Part shown: positions 24,940 to 38,865 of the stretch, one piece after another
How the letters are laid out: each line of letters begins with the position of its first letter
Numbering within the stretch: position 1 is the first letter of the stretch
Source: Octopus sinensis
Taxonomy: Eukaryota
NCBI RefSeq assembly: GCF_006345805.1
Contig: NC_043004.1
Location: forward strand, 27,342,001-27,406,000
Length of the DNA stretch: 64,000 nucleotides
Direction: 5' to 3'
Position numbers and translations under genes: made by a program
Notes under the pieces: generated by a model
Database searches by the model: none
What the model saw: the letters and a program-made list of their open reading frames with translations, nothing else
What the model was told of the DNA's origin: nothing

Positions 24940-26592
24940 AATCATCATTTAATGTCTGTTGTCCATGTTGGCACTGGTTGGACGGTTTGACCAAGGCTGA
25001 AGGCTGCACCAGACTCCAGTCTGATTTGGCATGGTTTTCTACAGCTTGATGCCTTTCCTAACGACAACTACTCTGAGAGTTTAATGGGCGCTTTTACATG
25101 CCATCAGCATGGGTACCATTTGCATGACACAAGTGCAATTTTGCTCAGCTCCATGGGTCTTCTTCTCAAGTATGACCTAATGCCAGAGTTCTTAATCATT
25201 GCCTCCGTGAGGCCCAACACATGAAAGGAACTGAGCCACTTTGCCTCAATGAGACCCAATGCCCAAAAGGAACCCAGCCACTTTGTCTCCATAAGGCCTA
25301 ATGCTCGAATGGTACTCTTTACGTGCCACCAGCATGGGTGCCAATTATGTGACACCAACATCAGCTAATACTACGATTTCACTTAACTTGATGGATTTTC
25401 TCAAGTACTGTATATCTCCAAAGCTCTTAGTCACTAGTCATTGCCTCTGTGAGGCTCAAAGTTCAAAGATCATGCTTCACCACTTTGTCCCATGTCTTCC
25501 TGGGTCTAACTCTACCACAGGTTTCCTCCACAGTTAAGACATTGGCACTTCTTTACACAGCTAGCCTTGTTCATATGCATCACATGACCATACCAGCACA
25601 GTCGTCTCTCTTGCACACCACATAGGATGCCTCTTATACCCAACTTTTCTCTCAATATGCTTACACTCTGTCAAACATGCACACTGACATTGCACATCCA
25701 GCGAAGCATACTGGCTCCAATCTTTCAAACCTATGCATGTTCTTGGCTGTCATAGCCCATGTTTTACTGCCATGTAGCATGGCGATTCACACATAGGTAT
25801 CATACAATCTGCCTTTTACTCTGAGAGAGAGGCCCTTTGCTGCCAGTAGAAGTAGGAACTCTCTGAACTCTGCCCAGCTTAATTTTATTCTCACAGCTAC
25901 ACTCTCGGAGCATCCACATCCACTACTAACTTGATCACCTAGATAACAGAAGCTATCCACTACCTATAGATTGCCTCCTGGCAGTTGATGGAGTCTATTT
26001 TCTGCGCATTTTCAGCATTTATTGTATCTGTACACCTTCCACATACAAAAGCTAGTTTCCCTGTTAACATTCCTCTGGTATTGTTGCACCTTTTATGTGT
26101 CCAAAGCTTACACCAGGTGAATCTTATGGAGTTTCTACCTATGCCTTTTCTGCAGACTGAGCAGGGCCATCAACATGAAGGGATTTGTGATTTTTGTGCC
26201 TTCCTACTTACTAAGACTTTGGCTTTTGCTAGGTTAACTCTAAGGCTCTTTGATTCTAACTCTTACTTCCATACCTGAAACTTCTTCCCTAGTTCTGGTA
26301 AGATTCAGCTATAAGAACAAGGTCATCCACATAGAAGAGCTCTCAGGGGAAGCTTGTCTTAAATTCCTCTGTTATTGCCTGAAGAACTATGATGAACAAG
26401 TGGGGCTGAGCACCGATCTTTGGTGAACCCCTACTTCTATCTGGAATTCTATGCTATACTTATTGCTAACCCTTATTTTACTGACAGCATCTCTATGCAT
26501 GGTTTGTGCAGCTCTCACTAACCACTTTTCTATCCCTAGTTTCTGCATTGACCACTAGATAAGGGACTGGAGGACCCTATCAAAGGCTTTCT
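24900..26592 (-). mobile_element. RTE LINE, about 1.7 kb decayed fragment including RT core
   Basis: The minus strand gives KAFDRV, GVHQRSVLSP and ELFYVDDLVL (YADD-like), continuing into the same 3'UTR and (ATG)n tail as 1-1005. Confidence 0.88.
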
Positions 26593-26609
26593 TCAATACA
26601 TATATAAAT

Positions 26610-26770
26610 GATGGGCTTCTTTCAATTTCCATTAACCAGATCCACTTACAAGGCTTTGGTCAGCCCAAGGTTATAATAGAAGACACTTGCCTATGGAGCC
26701 ATAGAGAGGGACTGAACCAAAAACCATGTGGTTGGGAAGCAAGCTTCTTACCACACAGCTACACCTGAAC
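26610..26770 (-). mobile_element. SINE family A, 5' half
   Basis: Matches the head and core of the intact copies. Confidence 0.75.
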
Positions 26771-27408
26771 CTATATAGATACCAATATATATACTGAACA
26801 AGAATCTTGATTAACCAGTCTTGATAAATATTTCTATAGAAAATAAATGTTGTGTCCCCACCCAAATATTGATGGTAACCAAAAGAAATATAATAAAACA
26901 TTATCCACATGAAGTCATTGTCTCCATCAGTTTTACTTCATTAGCAGCACGCTAATAGCCATGCAAAATTAGGGAGTTTTTTCTCCCATGTCTTATGTGT
27001 GTGTGTGCGTGTGTGCATGCGTGTGTGTGTGTGCAAGTGTGTGTGTGTGAGAGAGAGAGAGAAAGAGAGAAATGTGTATTTTGGTGTGAGAGAGAGAGAG
27101 ATGTTTATTTGTTATATTTGTGCATGGGCGTTTGTCTGTGTGTTTATGTACCTCTTTATGTTTACATACTAATGAAGCTGTGTAGTTTTTGTAGTGTTCC
27201 TTTATGCCCTGTAACTTAGTGGTTCATCAATCAAAGTCCTATAAAATAAATACTGGACAGAAATGATAACTAGGTTTGGTTGATTATGAATAACTACGTA
27301 AATCCCTTGTAGGTTGTCTTCCAGCTTGGTATCACAGTCTATTGACTGGGACCAGTTAAAATAATAAAACTGTAACTGAATGTAAAATCTAACAGAAATA
27401 TATTTATA

Positions 27409-27807
27409 GGCGCAGGAGTGGCTGTGTGGTAAGTAGCTTGTTTACCAACCACATGGTTCCGGGTTCAGTCCCACTGTGTGGTACCTTGGGCAAGTGTCTT
27501 CTACTATAGCCTCGGGCCGACCAAAGCCTTGTGAGTGGATTTGGTTGACGGAAACTGAAAGAAGTCCGTCGTATATATGTATATATATATATATGTGTGT
27601 GTGTGTTTGTCTCCCCAACATCGCTTGACAACTGATGCTGGTGTGTTTATGTCCCCACCACTTAGCGGTTCGGCAAAAGAGACTGATAGAATAAGTACTG
27701 GGCTTACAAAAGAATAAGTCCCGGGGTTGAGTTGCTCGATTAAAGGCGGTGCTCCAGCATGGCCGCAATCAAATGACTGAAACAAGTAAAAGAGTAAAAG
27801 AGTAAAA
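27409..27807 (+). mobile_element. SINE family A, reference copy
   Basis: GGCGCAGGAGTGGCTGTGTGG (A-box), GGTTCAGTCCC (B-box-like), internal (TA)n(TG)n, and a (GTAAAAGA)n tail. Confidence 0.95.
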
Positions 27808-28149
27808 TACACACACGTGTGCACAGATGTGTGCGCACACATACACACACGTGCGCACACACACAGTTATTTAGCAACATAGGTGGCTGCAACAAAGTCA
27901 AGTGACAAATACATTGAAATATTGCTCCCCGACACATTAGTGGCTAGAATAGGGTAGAGTGGCAATTATATTGGCCCCATATGTATGTACTGGAAAATAT
28001 TTCAATTGCTGGTATTTCTTCCAATTATGTAAAGGAATGAGACAAAATCCACACATGAAACCCATTTAATAGTTTCATCAAAAAGTTATATTCCCATAAT
28101 ATGATGATCCAGTGTTGCAGTTAGTTTAATGATTTGATTTACTGTTAGT

Positions 28150-28206
28150 GTCGTCATCATCATCATCATCATCATCATCTTCATCATCATCATCATCATC
28201 ACCACC

Positions 28207-28240
<34 letters not shown>

Positions 28241-28400
28241 TCATCATAACTACCACCACCACCACACCACCACCACCACCACCACCACCACCACCACCAT
28301 CATCATCGTCATCATCACTGCAGTTAGAACCACTTCCATCACCCATCACCATCATCCTCGCCACCACCACAACCACCACCACCACCATCACCAGCATCAT
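28150..28400. repeat. Compound (CAT)n/(CAC)n microsatellite
   Basis: Read directly from the sequence. Confidence 0.95.
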
Positions 28401-29394
28401 TATTGTTTTACTATCACTTTCACATAACATATTCTGGGACATTTCTTACTGTATGTCCCCACTTCGTTTACCACTGTCTATCACCTTCTGATACAACAAC
28501 AGGCCCAAGTAGACATCTTTATTCCTCCCACCTTACTCCCACCTTTAGAGAAGTAATCTTCCATAAGTCTGAAGACTGCTCTCTCTTCTACATTGCCTCC
28601 ATTCATCTAATAATTTGACCTAACGCCATGTCTTGATATCTTCATAAAGCTTTATATTCCAGTAACTTAATTTCACTATATTAACTCCTTAGAAATATTC
28701 TGCTGCTATAATCCTATGTTACTTTTCCAATAACAGGAATCAATGTAGTGTCTATAATAAGTTAAGCCAGTGCCATATAAAAGTGTAAACCAAAGTTGTA
28801 TTCTGATAAATGTAGTCAGTGTTAAATTCTAATAATCCAGCTCACTGATTTATTGCAATAATTTTACCAAAAGCCGTATTGTTGTCTCTCTAGTCATCTT
28901 ATATTCTAATATCTTCTCTCAAACTCCTAGACCGATAACTACACTTAATGTAGTATATCAAATGATATTTGATATCCAATTACATTTATGTCATGTGGGT
29001 ATACATTGCTACACATTTCGATAGCCCTAGCTACACTTCTCTTCTCTAGAAAACCACAACTGTTTATGAACCAGTGATGGAATCCTTGTGTGGTTTCTGG
29101 ACTTTCAAAACTGAGATGAGAAAGCCGTGATCAAAGGATTTCCAACCGTGGCCAACTGTCTTTTTGAACATACAATATGTAATGTGGGATTTTCTTTTTA
29201 AGCTGGCAGCGTGTAACTTCGTGGGTATTTTGGCTGCTTGTTCTACCAAGTTAGACAAGCACATGAAGGGTCCACCATTATTTCAGAAATCACTCATAAA
29301 TTGATGTTGACAATGATGTTAATGATGATGAAAAGGTATTTTTGGTGTTGCTACATCTTCATTATTTGAAACTTCCTCTGATGTGTGGTATTTA

Positions 29395-29910
29395 GTGAAT
29401 AGGAGAGTTTGATGCTGCTGCCCCCATGTGTGTTTCCTACCATGAGGTAGACTAACACAGAACCCTTGAAAGGAAGAGATCCAGTTTTGTTTTAAAGATA
29501 CCTACGTTCACCATGCAGGTCTCTCAGGCATTTTGGAAGAATATTGAAGAGCTGTGAGCCCTTGAAACCCAAGTTGTTTCAGTATCTGGTCCTGTATTTT
29601 GACGACAATGTTCAGATCCTTGACACTATGAAGCAGCACCCCATTCTGCTGTTTGTGTAACTTACAATGTCAAAGTTTGGTACAAGCCCTTCCAGGATCT
29701 TCCTGACATATATCTCTGTACATCTTTCCTGCCTTCATTTTAGGTAGAAGAGTCTTAACTTTTTCAGCCTTTCCCAGTAGTTGATACGTTGCATTGAGAC
29801 TGTTTTCTTTGTATAACTTTGCTGGGTTGCTTCAAATTCCACCATTAATTTTATAGTGTGGTGACCATACTTGGGAGCAGTAGGCTAAGTGGCTGAGGAC
29901 ATATGTCCTC
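29395..29910 (-). mobile_element. CR1-like LINE 3' fragment
   Basis: Minus strand LAYCSQVWSPHY...KILEGLVPNF. Homologous to 15455-15828. Confidence 0.75.
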
Positions 29911-29954
29911 CAAAGGATCATCATAGTTTCCTGTTCTCTCGTTCTGAAAGTACC

Positions 29955-30130
29955 CACTACACTCTTGGAGTGGTTGGTGTTAGGAAGAGCATCCAGTTGT
30001 AGAAACCTTGCCAGATTAGATTGGTGCCTGATGCAACCTCCTGGCTTGCCAGTCCTCAGTCAGACCGTCCAACCCATGCCAGCATGGAAAGCAGACGTTA
30101 AACGATGATGATGGTGATGATGATGATGAT
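29955..30130 (+). mobile_element. RTE 3'UTR terminal fragment
   Basis: Matches 840-1005. Confidence 0.85.
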
Positions 30131-30154
30131 GAGATGTATATATGCATATAGATA

Positions 30155-30191
<37 letters not shown>

Positions 30192-30269
30192 GTTTGTATA
30201 TACATGCATGTATACACACACATGCACACATACATGCGTGTGCATACACACACAGAGAAAGAGACACTA

Positions 30270-30904
30270 GTGTTAGGTTCATTGCTTTGAACCAGAGAAA
30301 AAGAGACAATCCATGCCGTGAAAACACTCCTCATTTGCTCCAAAGAAGGCCAAGGTCATTTCATATGTACAGATGGTTATGGCCAGCTTTTTGGGATGCA
30401 AAAGGCACTGTGTTTATTGACTATCTTCAAAATGACCACACCATCAATAGAGAGTACTATGCCACCTTGCTGAGGCAGTTACAAAAGGGTATCAAGACCA
30501 AACGCCCAAGAAAATTGATGAAAGAAGTCTTGTTTTATCAGTACAATGCTCCAGCATGCAAATCCTTGGTTTTAATGGCTAGTGTGCATGACTGTGGCTT
30601 TGAACTGATTGACCCCCCATCCTTTTTCTTCTGATTTGGCTCCATCTGACTATCAATTTGTTCTCCAAAATTTAAAAAAAAAGAACACTTGGCTGGGAAC
30701 CAGTATCACAGTTTTGATGATGTCATATCTGGTAGTGATGACCTTTTTGATCAACATGATGAAAGCTTGAGATCCAAGCGCTGCAACATCAATGAAAGAA
30801 GTGTGTCAACAGCAAGTGGGTCTATTTTGGAAAATAAACTTCATTTGGTCATATTTCATGAGAGTGTCTTGATCAGTATATGAACTTTTCATCTGATTCA
30901 TTTA
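30270..30904 (+). mobile_element. mariner transposon, 3' half (decayed)
   Basis: FWDAKG..IDYL..TIN.EYY..LL and LAPSDYQ (YSPDLAPSD-like) motifs. The terminal repeat at 30860-30904 matches the 47501 TIR. Confidence 0.9.
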
Positions 30905-30919
30905 CATATATATATATAT

Positions 30920-31260
30920 ATACATTGAAAAAAATTTTATCAATGGCTAGCATATTAAAAAATACCTTTAAAGGTTAAATTTATAAACAAGGGCAAAAGA
31001 AAAAATTCTAAATTCCTCCATGGGTATGAGTAAGTATTTCATTTATGTCTTACGTGTTTATCGCTGATGAGGAGAAAATTCTTATGAATTAACTCTGAAA
31101 TTGGGACCGATATGATAATAACGGAATTTTTTAGAAATTTCTGTCGGCTTACTTCGAGACGCGTGTTTATAGTGATAAATTATATGGTTATTGACAATTT
31201 GTCTATTTTCGGCATATTTGGCATTAGAATTTTTTCTTTTGCCCTTGTTTATAAGTTGTT
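30920..31260 (+). mobile_element. Penelope-like foldback remnant with hammerhead
   Basis: Perfect 30-bp inverted repeat (30982-31011, 31224-53). Homologous to 6947-7294. Flanked by (TA)n on both sides. Confidence 0.7.
31052..31123 (+). ncRNA. Type I hammerhead ribozyme motif
   Basis: TTATCG-CTGATGA(31064-70)-GGAG..AATTC ttat GAATT..CTCT-GAAA(31097-100)-TTGGgaCCGA-TA-TGATAA. All three stems pair, with G-U wobbles. Confidence 0.75.
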
Positions 31261-31291
<31 letters not shown>

Positions 31292-33490
31292 TATATATAT
31301 TATATATATATATATATACATATGTATATATATATATATGTGTGTCTGAGTTCAGATTGTCTTTGCATCATCTATTCTCCTAGTCGCTGTGTCTGTTCTG
31401 TACCTTCTCATCTTTGTATAATCTCTTCTACTCACTGTGCTCTGCAAGAGATAAGTACTTATTTTGCGCATGTTAAATATTTCCCTTCCCATTCCTCCAC
31501 CATAATATCCTGCTACCCTTCCTTGTTCTTTTCCCCCAAAATCATATCTAAGTGAGGAGAGAGTATATTCTGGCAATGTTCACCTGTTCTCCTTTATCGA
31601 CTCTCTTTTCACCATGCTCTCTTGGATATGTTACCTTGAGGATATGCTCTGGTTCCTTGTCATCTTTTCTCTTCCACACACTACTCTATCCACCTATATA
31701 TAACTCTGTGTAGGCCTGCATCTTCTGCTCAACACTCCTCCTTTTCTTGCTTCCCTGTCTGTATTACTCTGACACTCGCTAATTCCATAGCATTACTTTT
31801 GACCCTTCTATAACCTAGTTTCATCTAATCTTTCCTTTATTCACCTGTATGTTAAAGATAGGATTGTACTGTACCTCTTACTCAACCTTATTCACTCCTC
31901 TATCATTTATCTAATTAAAGGAAATAAGACATGAGAAATTCATAATGAAGTTGGAGGAAGAGCCAGAAACCTGTTCCCTTTGCCTTTCACTTTTACCCCT
32001 TATCCCCTTATATAGCATAACACATCTGGCCATGGGGTAATATCAATTTGTTTCAAAACAGGTGAGGGTTGGTGATATGCCGTGTACCTGGCCAAAGAAA
32101 ATCTGCTTCAACAAATTATGCCTGACCCAGGCAAGCATGGAATAGTGGACTTTAAAACAAGGAGGAAGGGGAGGAGGAGGGGAGGGGAGATAGGAGGAGG
32201 GTGGGGAGGAGGAGGGTGTGGGAGGAGGAGGTTTTATATAGTTTTAGGAACCTAGCTAATAATTGTAGAGTAATTTAGGTATTACAGGTGTGCAATATTT
32301 CAATGGTCGTTTGAAGATATCACCTTTGAGAAAGACATCAGTGTGACTAATATATCTACTTTTACTATCTCTCCATAGTGCTATGTTAAAAGGGAAACTA
32401 GCGATGCGTCCCTATCAACCCAGCTATCTGTTCTCTGCCTTTGATACGCAACTGCTTCACATACATTCTGTCTTTTACACCAGATAAACTGGAACATTTA
32501 ATCAATTATACACAGAGATCAAGATTCATTGAGCAAATCTGTGAACCAAATTTAATCAAACACACAGAAATTGGTTAAGTTCTTCGATACATAGTGATGT
32601 CAACATTTAAGCAGTCTTCCATTGATTGGATTAATATCTTCAATGAAACATCAAACTGTAAGGGTTACAGAAACTTTGATCAACACCTCTTTACATTATA
32701 CACCATTACCAACTGTACATATGTGGTTGTTGTTGTTGTTGCTGTCTAGCCCAAGGCTGACCCTGACTAAGTAGACCTGTGGTTAAAGTCATACCAGCCA
32801 TCGCCATCCTTCTTATATTTTTATCATTTTTTTTTGTTTTCACATTTACATTTTTCTTTATAAGACAGTAGAGCTTAATGTGAGGAAGATTTGCTCACTG
32901 TTTCTATCAGGTTAAATGACCACAAAGAGGTAACATCATTAGCTTAATTACTATTGTTTGTCCTCTAAAGTTGATTTTAATTAATTTTCAATATATTACT
33001 CAATTGTTCTATAGAATCTGAGGGAATGGCCATGTGGGTCAATGAGCTTGTTTCACATCTACATAGTTTGCAGTTCAATCTCATTGTGTGACAGGTATCA
33101 TAGGTGACTTCCTTCGATCATAACTTTAAGTCAACCAGAACAAAAATATATAATTTGTATTGTTTTGGTTTAAGTCACTGGGGTGCTAAGAATATAACAA
33201 GAAGTGCTTGCTACACTTTGCATAACTAAGTTGAATGGATTTACATAAGAAAAGCATTTTACCAATCATTGCAATCCTGGGTTTCCTCCTTTGTGACATT
33301 CAGTATCATGCATTCAACTCACACCACTTGTCCTATCTTCCTTTTGACATGTTAAACCAGCTCCAACAATATTTTTAGCAACACATCTAATCATATATGC
33401 ACCCCTGTGATCAACATTTGTACCATCTTTACAGAAAATGCTCCTCTAGGTCAATGATTCTGCTACCTTGGCACTTTGCACAATAATAAT

Positions 33491-33708
33491 ATATTTCTTT
33501 ATTGCCCACAAGGAGACAAACAAGGACAGACAAAGGGATTAAGTCGATTACATCGACCCCAGTGTGTAACTGGTACTTAATTTATTGACCCCGAAAGGAT
33601 GAAAGGCAAAGTCGACCTCGGCGGAATTTGAACTCAGAACGTAACGGCTGATGAAATACGGATACGCATTCCGCCCGGCATGCTAACATTTCTGCCAGCT
33701 CGCTGCCT
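33491..33708 (-). mobile_element. SINE family B
   Basis: Matches 11239-11470. Confidence 0.92.
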
Positions 33709-35939
33709 AATGTTCATCTGGTGTTGTCGATGATAACCAGGATATCACATGTGTAAAAAAGATGGGTCATGGTGCATCCACCTGTGATGAATGAGGCTGA
33801 TATTGGAATGTTCTGCCATAGGTCAAGCACTGGTGGTCTGTTGGGAATGAAGGCTTCTGTGGCTCTATTCTGTTCATAGGAGGTGGCACCATGCACACTA
33901 ATAGTATACATTCAGCAGAATACTCCCACATATTACTACTTTCAAAGCCCATATTTCACTATCATACAACATCAAACTCTGAAACCCAAAACCTTAATAT
34001 CTCTCTTCCAATCAGAGATAGAATTTTTTCATTGCCATAAGAGGTAATAGCTCCCTGCAATTCTCTGGCTTTTCTTGCCTTGTGTATATGCATACACAAA
34101 CATACACACCCACATAAAACACATGCACACGCTCATGTGTATGTGTGCATGTGTGTGTGTGTGTGTAGGCACAGTATGGCTGAATAGTCAAGAAGTTTGT
34201 CTCACAACCTTGAGGTCCTATGTTTGATTCTGCTGCATAGCAACTTGAGCAAGAATCATTTTCTGTAGCCTTGGGTCAACCCATACCTTGTAAGAGGAAA
34301 TTGTGTGGAATCCTACTGAAGGAACTGTGCCAGTAATTTAAAGGTCCAGCCGTCTTATGCTTTTTTTTTTTCAGCTGACTCTGCTTCAGAATTCAATGAG
34401 CTTCATTGCTCACTTGATTGAGCAACTGAAAACTTGAGACCAGAAATTTTGAACAAGATCCATTTATTTATTATATATATACATACACATACACACAGAC
34501 ATGTGTGTGTGTGTGTGTCTGTGTGTGTGTGTGTGCATGCGTGTGTGTGTGTTCGTGTGTGTGTGTGTGTGTGTGTGTGCGTGCATGCGTGTGTGTGCTT
34601 GTGTGTGTGTGTGTGTGTTCGTGTATATTGCTATGAACACATATATCACACCCTGATATTTTGTTACCCTTTCAATAATATGAACAATATATCTCCCTAT
34701 GTTTATACATGTGTATGTGATCACAATAGATATTTGTCTTTATATCAACAAACATAAATTATACATAGCTTTCTATATTTGTCCATATAAAATGCATGTT
34801 TTTTTCCCCATAAATGTCTATGCATAAATGATATGATTTCTATATGTATGCATATACAATGCATTTTATTCTATGCATGCATCTACATAAATTGTATATC
34901 TTTATATATGTGTAGATATATTTAATGTTTCCCTAAACATGCATAAGTTACATATATCTACAATACATAAGTGGGAAGATAAAGAGGCTGGGTTTGAGAA
35001 AAAATAACTTTGTCAGTGCAGAGGAAATGTTCACTTCAAACTATGGAGAATATTCTGTTGGCTGCTTGAAAAGACAGCAATCCTGGGATTCTTCTGGAGA
35101 CTTACAGCTAGAATATAGAGAAGCAATAATCTAGGTTGACTGCTTTGACATCATTTATCATTGTTCAGAGATATGAAAGACAAGCAAAGTAAACCTAACC
35201 AGCTTCCTGCTATCATCTTTTCTTCTATATTCTACCTGTTTGATAGCCTGCTGTGGTGTGCATATCTGAAATTGGAGATATAAAGTTGAAATGAAAATTC
35301 CTTTTCAGTTAGAATTCTAATATATTGCATCCAAATGACAAAGTATCTGGAATCAGATATATTTAATCTTGGAGTAGTGAGTTGCAGAAAAAGATATGGT
35401 AAATTGTAAAATTTATGTCACCCCTGTCTCATTAATCTCTACTGCTTATGTATGAAATGAAATGAAGATCACTCATAATTCTTAATTGGATGCATGCTCT
35501 CTGAAAATTATAAAATTCCCTACTTGTAGCATGTCTAAGAGAAGTTTACTCATGAAGTCCATCTCTCACCAGGTTATTGACTTTGACAATAAATCATAGA
35601 TAAGCGACACATACTACCCACACATTGAAGATAGTACAGCTCTACAGCATGCACACATGCACGCATGCACACACATACACATACACACACATACATACAC
35701 ATACAACTCAACACAACACACTACTCAACACACACACATACACATGCACATCCAACATGCATACATGTACACACTCATAGACATCATCAAGTAAAAAGCC
35801 AGCTGACTCATTATCATGAAGTTGTTCTCCGACACTCCCTACTCTTCTAACACCACCACCAACGCCACCAACACCACCACCACACACAACCATTACCTAC
35901 ACCACCACCACCACCACCACCACCACCACCAACACCACC

Positions 35940-35981
<42 letters not shown>

Positions 35982-35982
<1 letters not shown>

Positions 35983-36332
35983 AAAAGGGGGTAAAGACCC
36001 CCTTCGGTCATGAATGACCATGGGATTGCACCTAGAAAGTTACCCTCCTAGACACAAGTCCGGGCAAGGTTGTTTTTTATGGAAGACCAGCAGTCGCCCA
36101 TGCATACTAGCCTCCCCTCTCCACGCCACCAGTGTTATCCAAGGGAAAGACAAAGGTCGATAGAGCTTGGCACCAGTGACGTCGCAACTCATTTCTACAG
36201 CTGAGTGAACTGGAGCAACGTGAAATAAAGTGCCTTGCTCAAGAACACAACACGCAGCCCGGTCGGGGATTCGAGCTCACAACCTCACGATCGTAAGCTC
36301 GACGCTCTAACCACTGAGCCATGCGCCTTCAC
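35982..36332 (-). mobile_element. tRNA-derived CORE-type SINE family D
   Basis: Head GGCGCATGGCTCAGTGGTTAGAGC..CTCGAATCCC, then a CORE-like TCTTGAGCAAGGCACTT..CAGCTGTAGAAATGAG. Inserted in a (TAC)n tract. Confidence 0.88.
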
Positions 36333-38689
36333 ATACTACTACTACTACTACTACTACTACTACAGTGATCATTGAGCTGGCTGGGCCTCCAATACCTAAA
36401 CCTACCAACAAACCCTGTCTCCCATCTTTTCAGGTACCAAATCAGGGCAGCAGATTGATAGTACTGTGATCACATTGGACCAGGTAACTTGTGGTATATG
36501 TTCCAGTTCTTTACATTTTGAGTTCAAATTCCATCATGATCTACTAAAGTAGTAGACTTAACCCATTGGTTGTTTAATACCACTGTCTAGCACCTTGGCT
36601 GACCATAGCAGGGTCCACTCAGCTGCATATATTCAGGCCAGGCTTCCTGTTTGAAAAGGCTTCCTGTCTTTCCCTCCCACCAATCTTGGAGGTTCTATAG
36701 TGGGTCATAGGCACTGCCTTCCCTCCCTCCTGACATGACCCACTCTAACCATTATTTTCTTTCTTCACAAAACATCTTCCTGCTTGTAGCCTCTCCCTGT
36801 CTGATCACATTCTTTCTGAATATTCACGAACAACGCTAACCTTACCAGTCTTAGAATTCCTGTGAATGCTAAGACCCCAGTTCAAACTCTTAAAAATATG
36901 TCATTCGTTTGCTTCTCAACTTGTTTTCTACCCAACATTTGGCATTGCAATGTTAATAACCAAAACATTTACCATTTTTGTAGTGTGGTGGAGGAAAAGG
37001 ACAACAGAAAAAGAAGCAACGGGAGAAAGAAATAAAAAAAAGGCCTTACCTCGGCGAAATCAGCGGTCACTCTCACCAAGTTAACATGTCTTGTTGCTCT
37101 GCCCTCTTTGCTGAAACTGGCCACACGTACTCGCTGACCACATGTGCTTTCTGCCCACGCATGCCCCTTTCACTCTTCCGCCAGCCCCTGCAAGCCTTAC
37201 TTCCACCCACCTCATCTGTCATCTTCTCCACCAACACCACATAGCTCATCACAGCCCATAACACCGCTAACGCCCACAATTTTTGACACAGTAAATAATG
37301 TCAGGCATATTATTAGTAACCAACAACATGGTGTTATATTTATTTCATGATGTGTTGAAGGAAATTTTCATTATTTCTAAGACTGATTTAGTTTCTTTTG
37401 ATTACAGTTGAACTTTCCCAATGAAGTTCAAGCTAAATAGTACTGCTTAGAAAACATACTAGTAAAATATTCAATATCATTTAATGTGTCTGAAGAAAAT
37501 ATACAAAATTTACAGACCTTGGTGTCCCTATGTTTCAGAATATGCTTATCTTTCTTTTTGGGTAAGCTGTTCAAGTCTTAGTAGTGGTTTTGTACCATTT
37601 CACTGGTATCGATATTAAAAATAGGGTGAAGTGCATTGTGCATGTATTTAATGTAGCTACCAGCCCGTAACAGTTGTTCAACCAAACATCAACTGCATCA
37701 ATATCCTCAGTGCTGAAAAACAAAAGTTATAGATAGCACTTTCCTCTCGAACTCTTTATTAACCCAGCACCTCTTTTCATTGAATGCCATCTTACAAACA
37801 TGATCTGGTTGGGAGGAGGAAGCAATTAGTGGTCCTCTGTTAGAACTTTAGGAGAAATACTTTAAAAAGGGAGGACTTATATAAGAAAACTATATAGGAT
37901 CTGGGTACATTGGTATGTCTTCTCACTGATAGTGCAATGTTCATTTCGTATTTTAATCTTAGCAAATATGTGTAAAATATAAGAATTGTACCTAGTCTAA
38001 GACAAAAAAGTTGCAACAACCACCTTCTAAATGCAGAGCACCCTTACATTTGCGAGGTTACAGTGACCCAAAGGTCAAAACACTGTTCAGGCTAAGAAGC
38101 ACTGCTCAAGGCAGATCCATTAAACCAAGGTAAAAAACAAATGATATGAAAGACCAAAAGAAATGACAAACCATGAAGGAAACCAATAAGATAGATTCAA
38201 GAGTTTTCCATAAAATCTATGGTAGAAGCACATACCACTTATATATGAAATACTGTAACATATTATAGATTTAGGGACATAATTTACCTTATTTCTTTAC
38301 TATTTCAAGAAGTGAGCAATGGACAGCTCTACATTATCTTTTCTAAAGAGACAGATCAAATCAAAGTTAGTCGTGATATTCATATCTTTGTTAAGAATGT
38401 TATCAATGTAAGGGAAATGATACAATTGTGAAAGAAAAAAAGGCAGAGTGCTGTTAATGGAGTTTATTTTGTATACTGTAGATTAATTTCTTCAGAAAAC
38501 TCCTAAGATGAAGAAGGACATCCAGGGCTTGCAGTTCTAAAGAAGGATGGGAGATGTTTAATGAAAATATTAAGAAATGAGATACAGGAGAATTCCTGGT
38601 AAGAAGACAGATAGATATATTGTATGGGCTTAGGTTTTACATGACTGAATAAGTGAAGACACACACACACACACAAAGCACCCAGTACA

Positions 38690-38830
38690 TTCTGCGCAGT
38701 GGCATTAGGAAGGGCATCCAAACATAGAAACCATGCCAGAATGGACAATGGAGTTTGGTGCAACCCCTAGCCTTACCAGCTCCTGTCAAACCTTCCAGCC
38801 CATGCTAGCATGGAAAATAGATATTAAATA

Positions 38831-38865
<35 letters not shown>
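38690..38865 (+). mobile_element. RTE 3'UTR terminal fragment
   Basis: GGCATTAGGAAGGGCATCC...CCCATGCTAGCATGGAAA plus (ATG)n. Confidence 0.85.

Noticed and set aside
33648-33660. CTGATGAAA in SINE B
   Set aside because: Sister copies read GCAGA(C/T)GAAATAC, and there are no hammerhead stems.
35106-35265. Minus-strand exon with good acceptor and GTAAGT donor
   Set aside because: All three frames contain stops. It could only be non-coding, and there is no supporting evidence.
38494-38600. Plus-strand exon ending CTG/GTAAGA
   Set aside because: The best acceptor gives stops in all frames, and the open alternative needs a weak acceptor.
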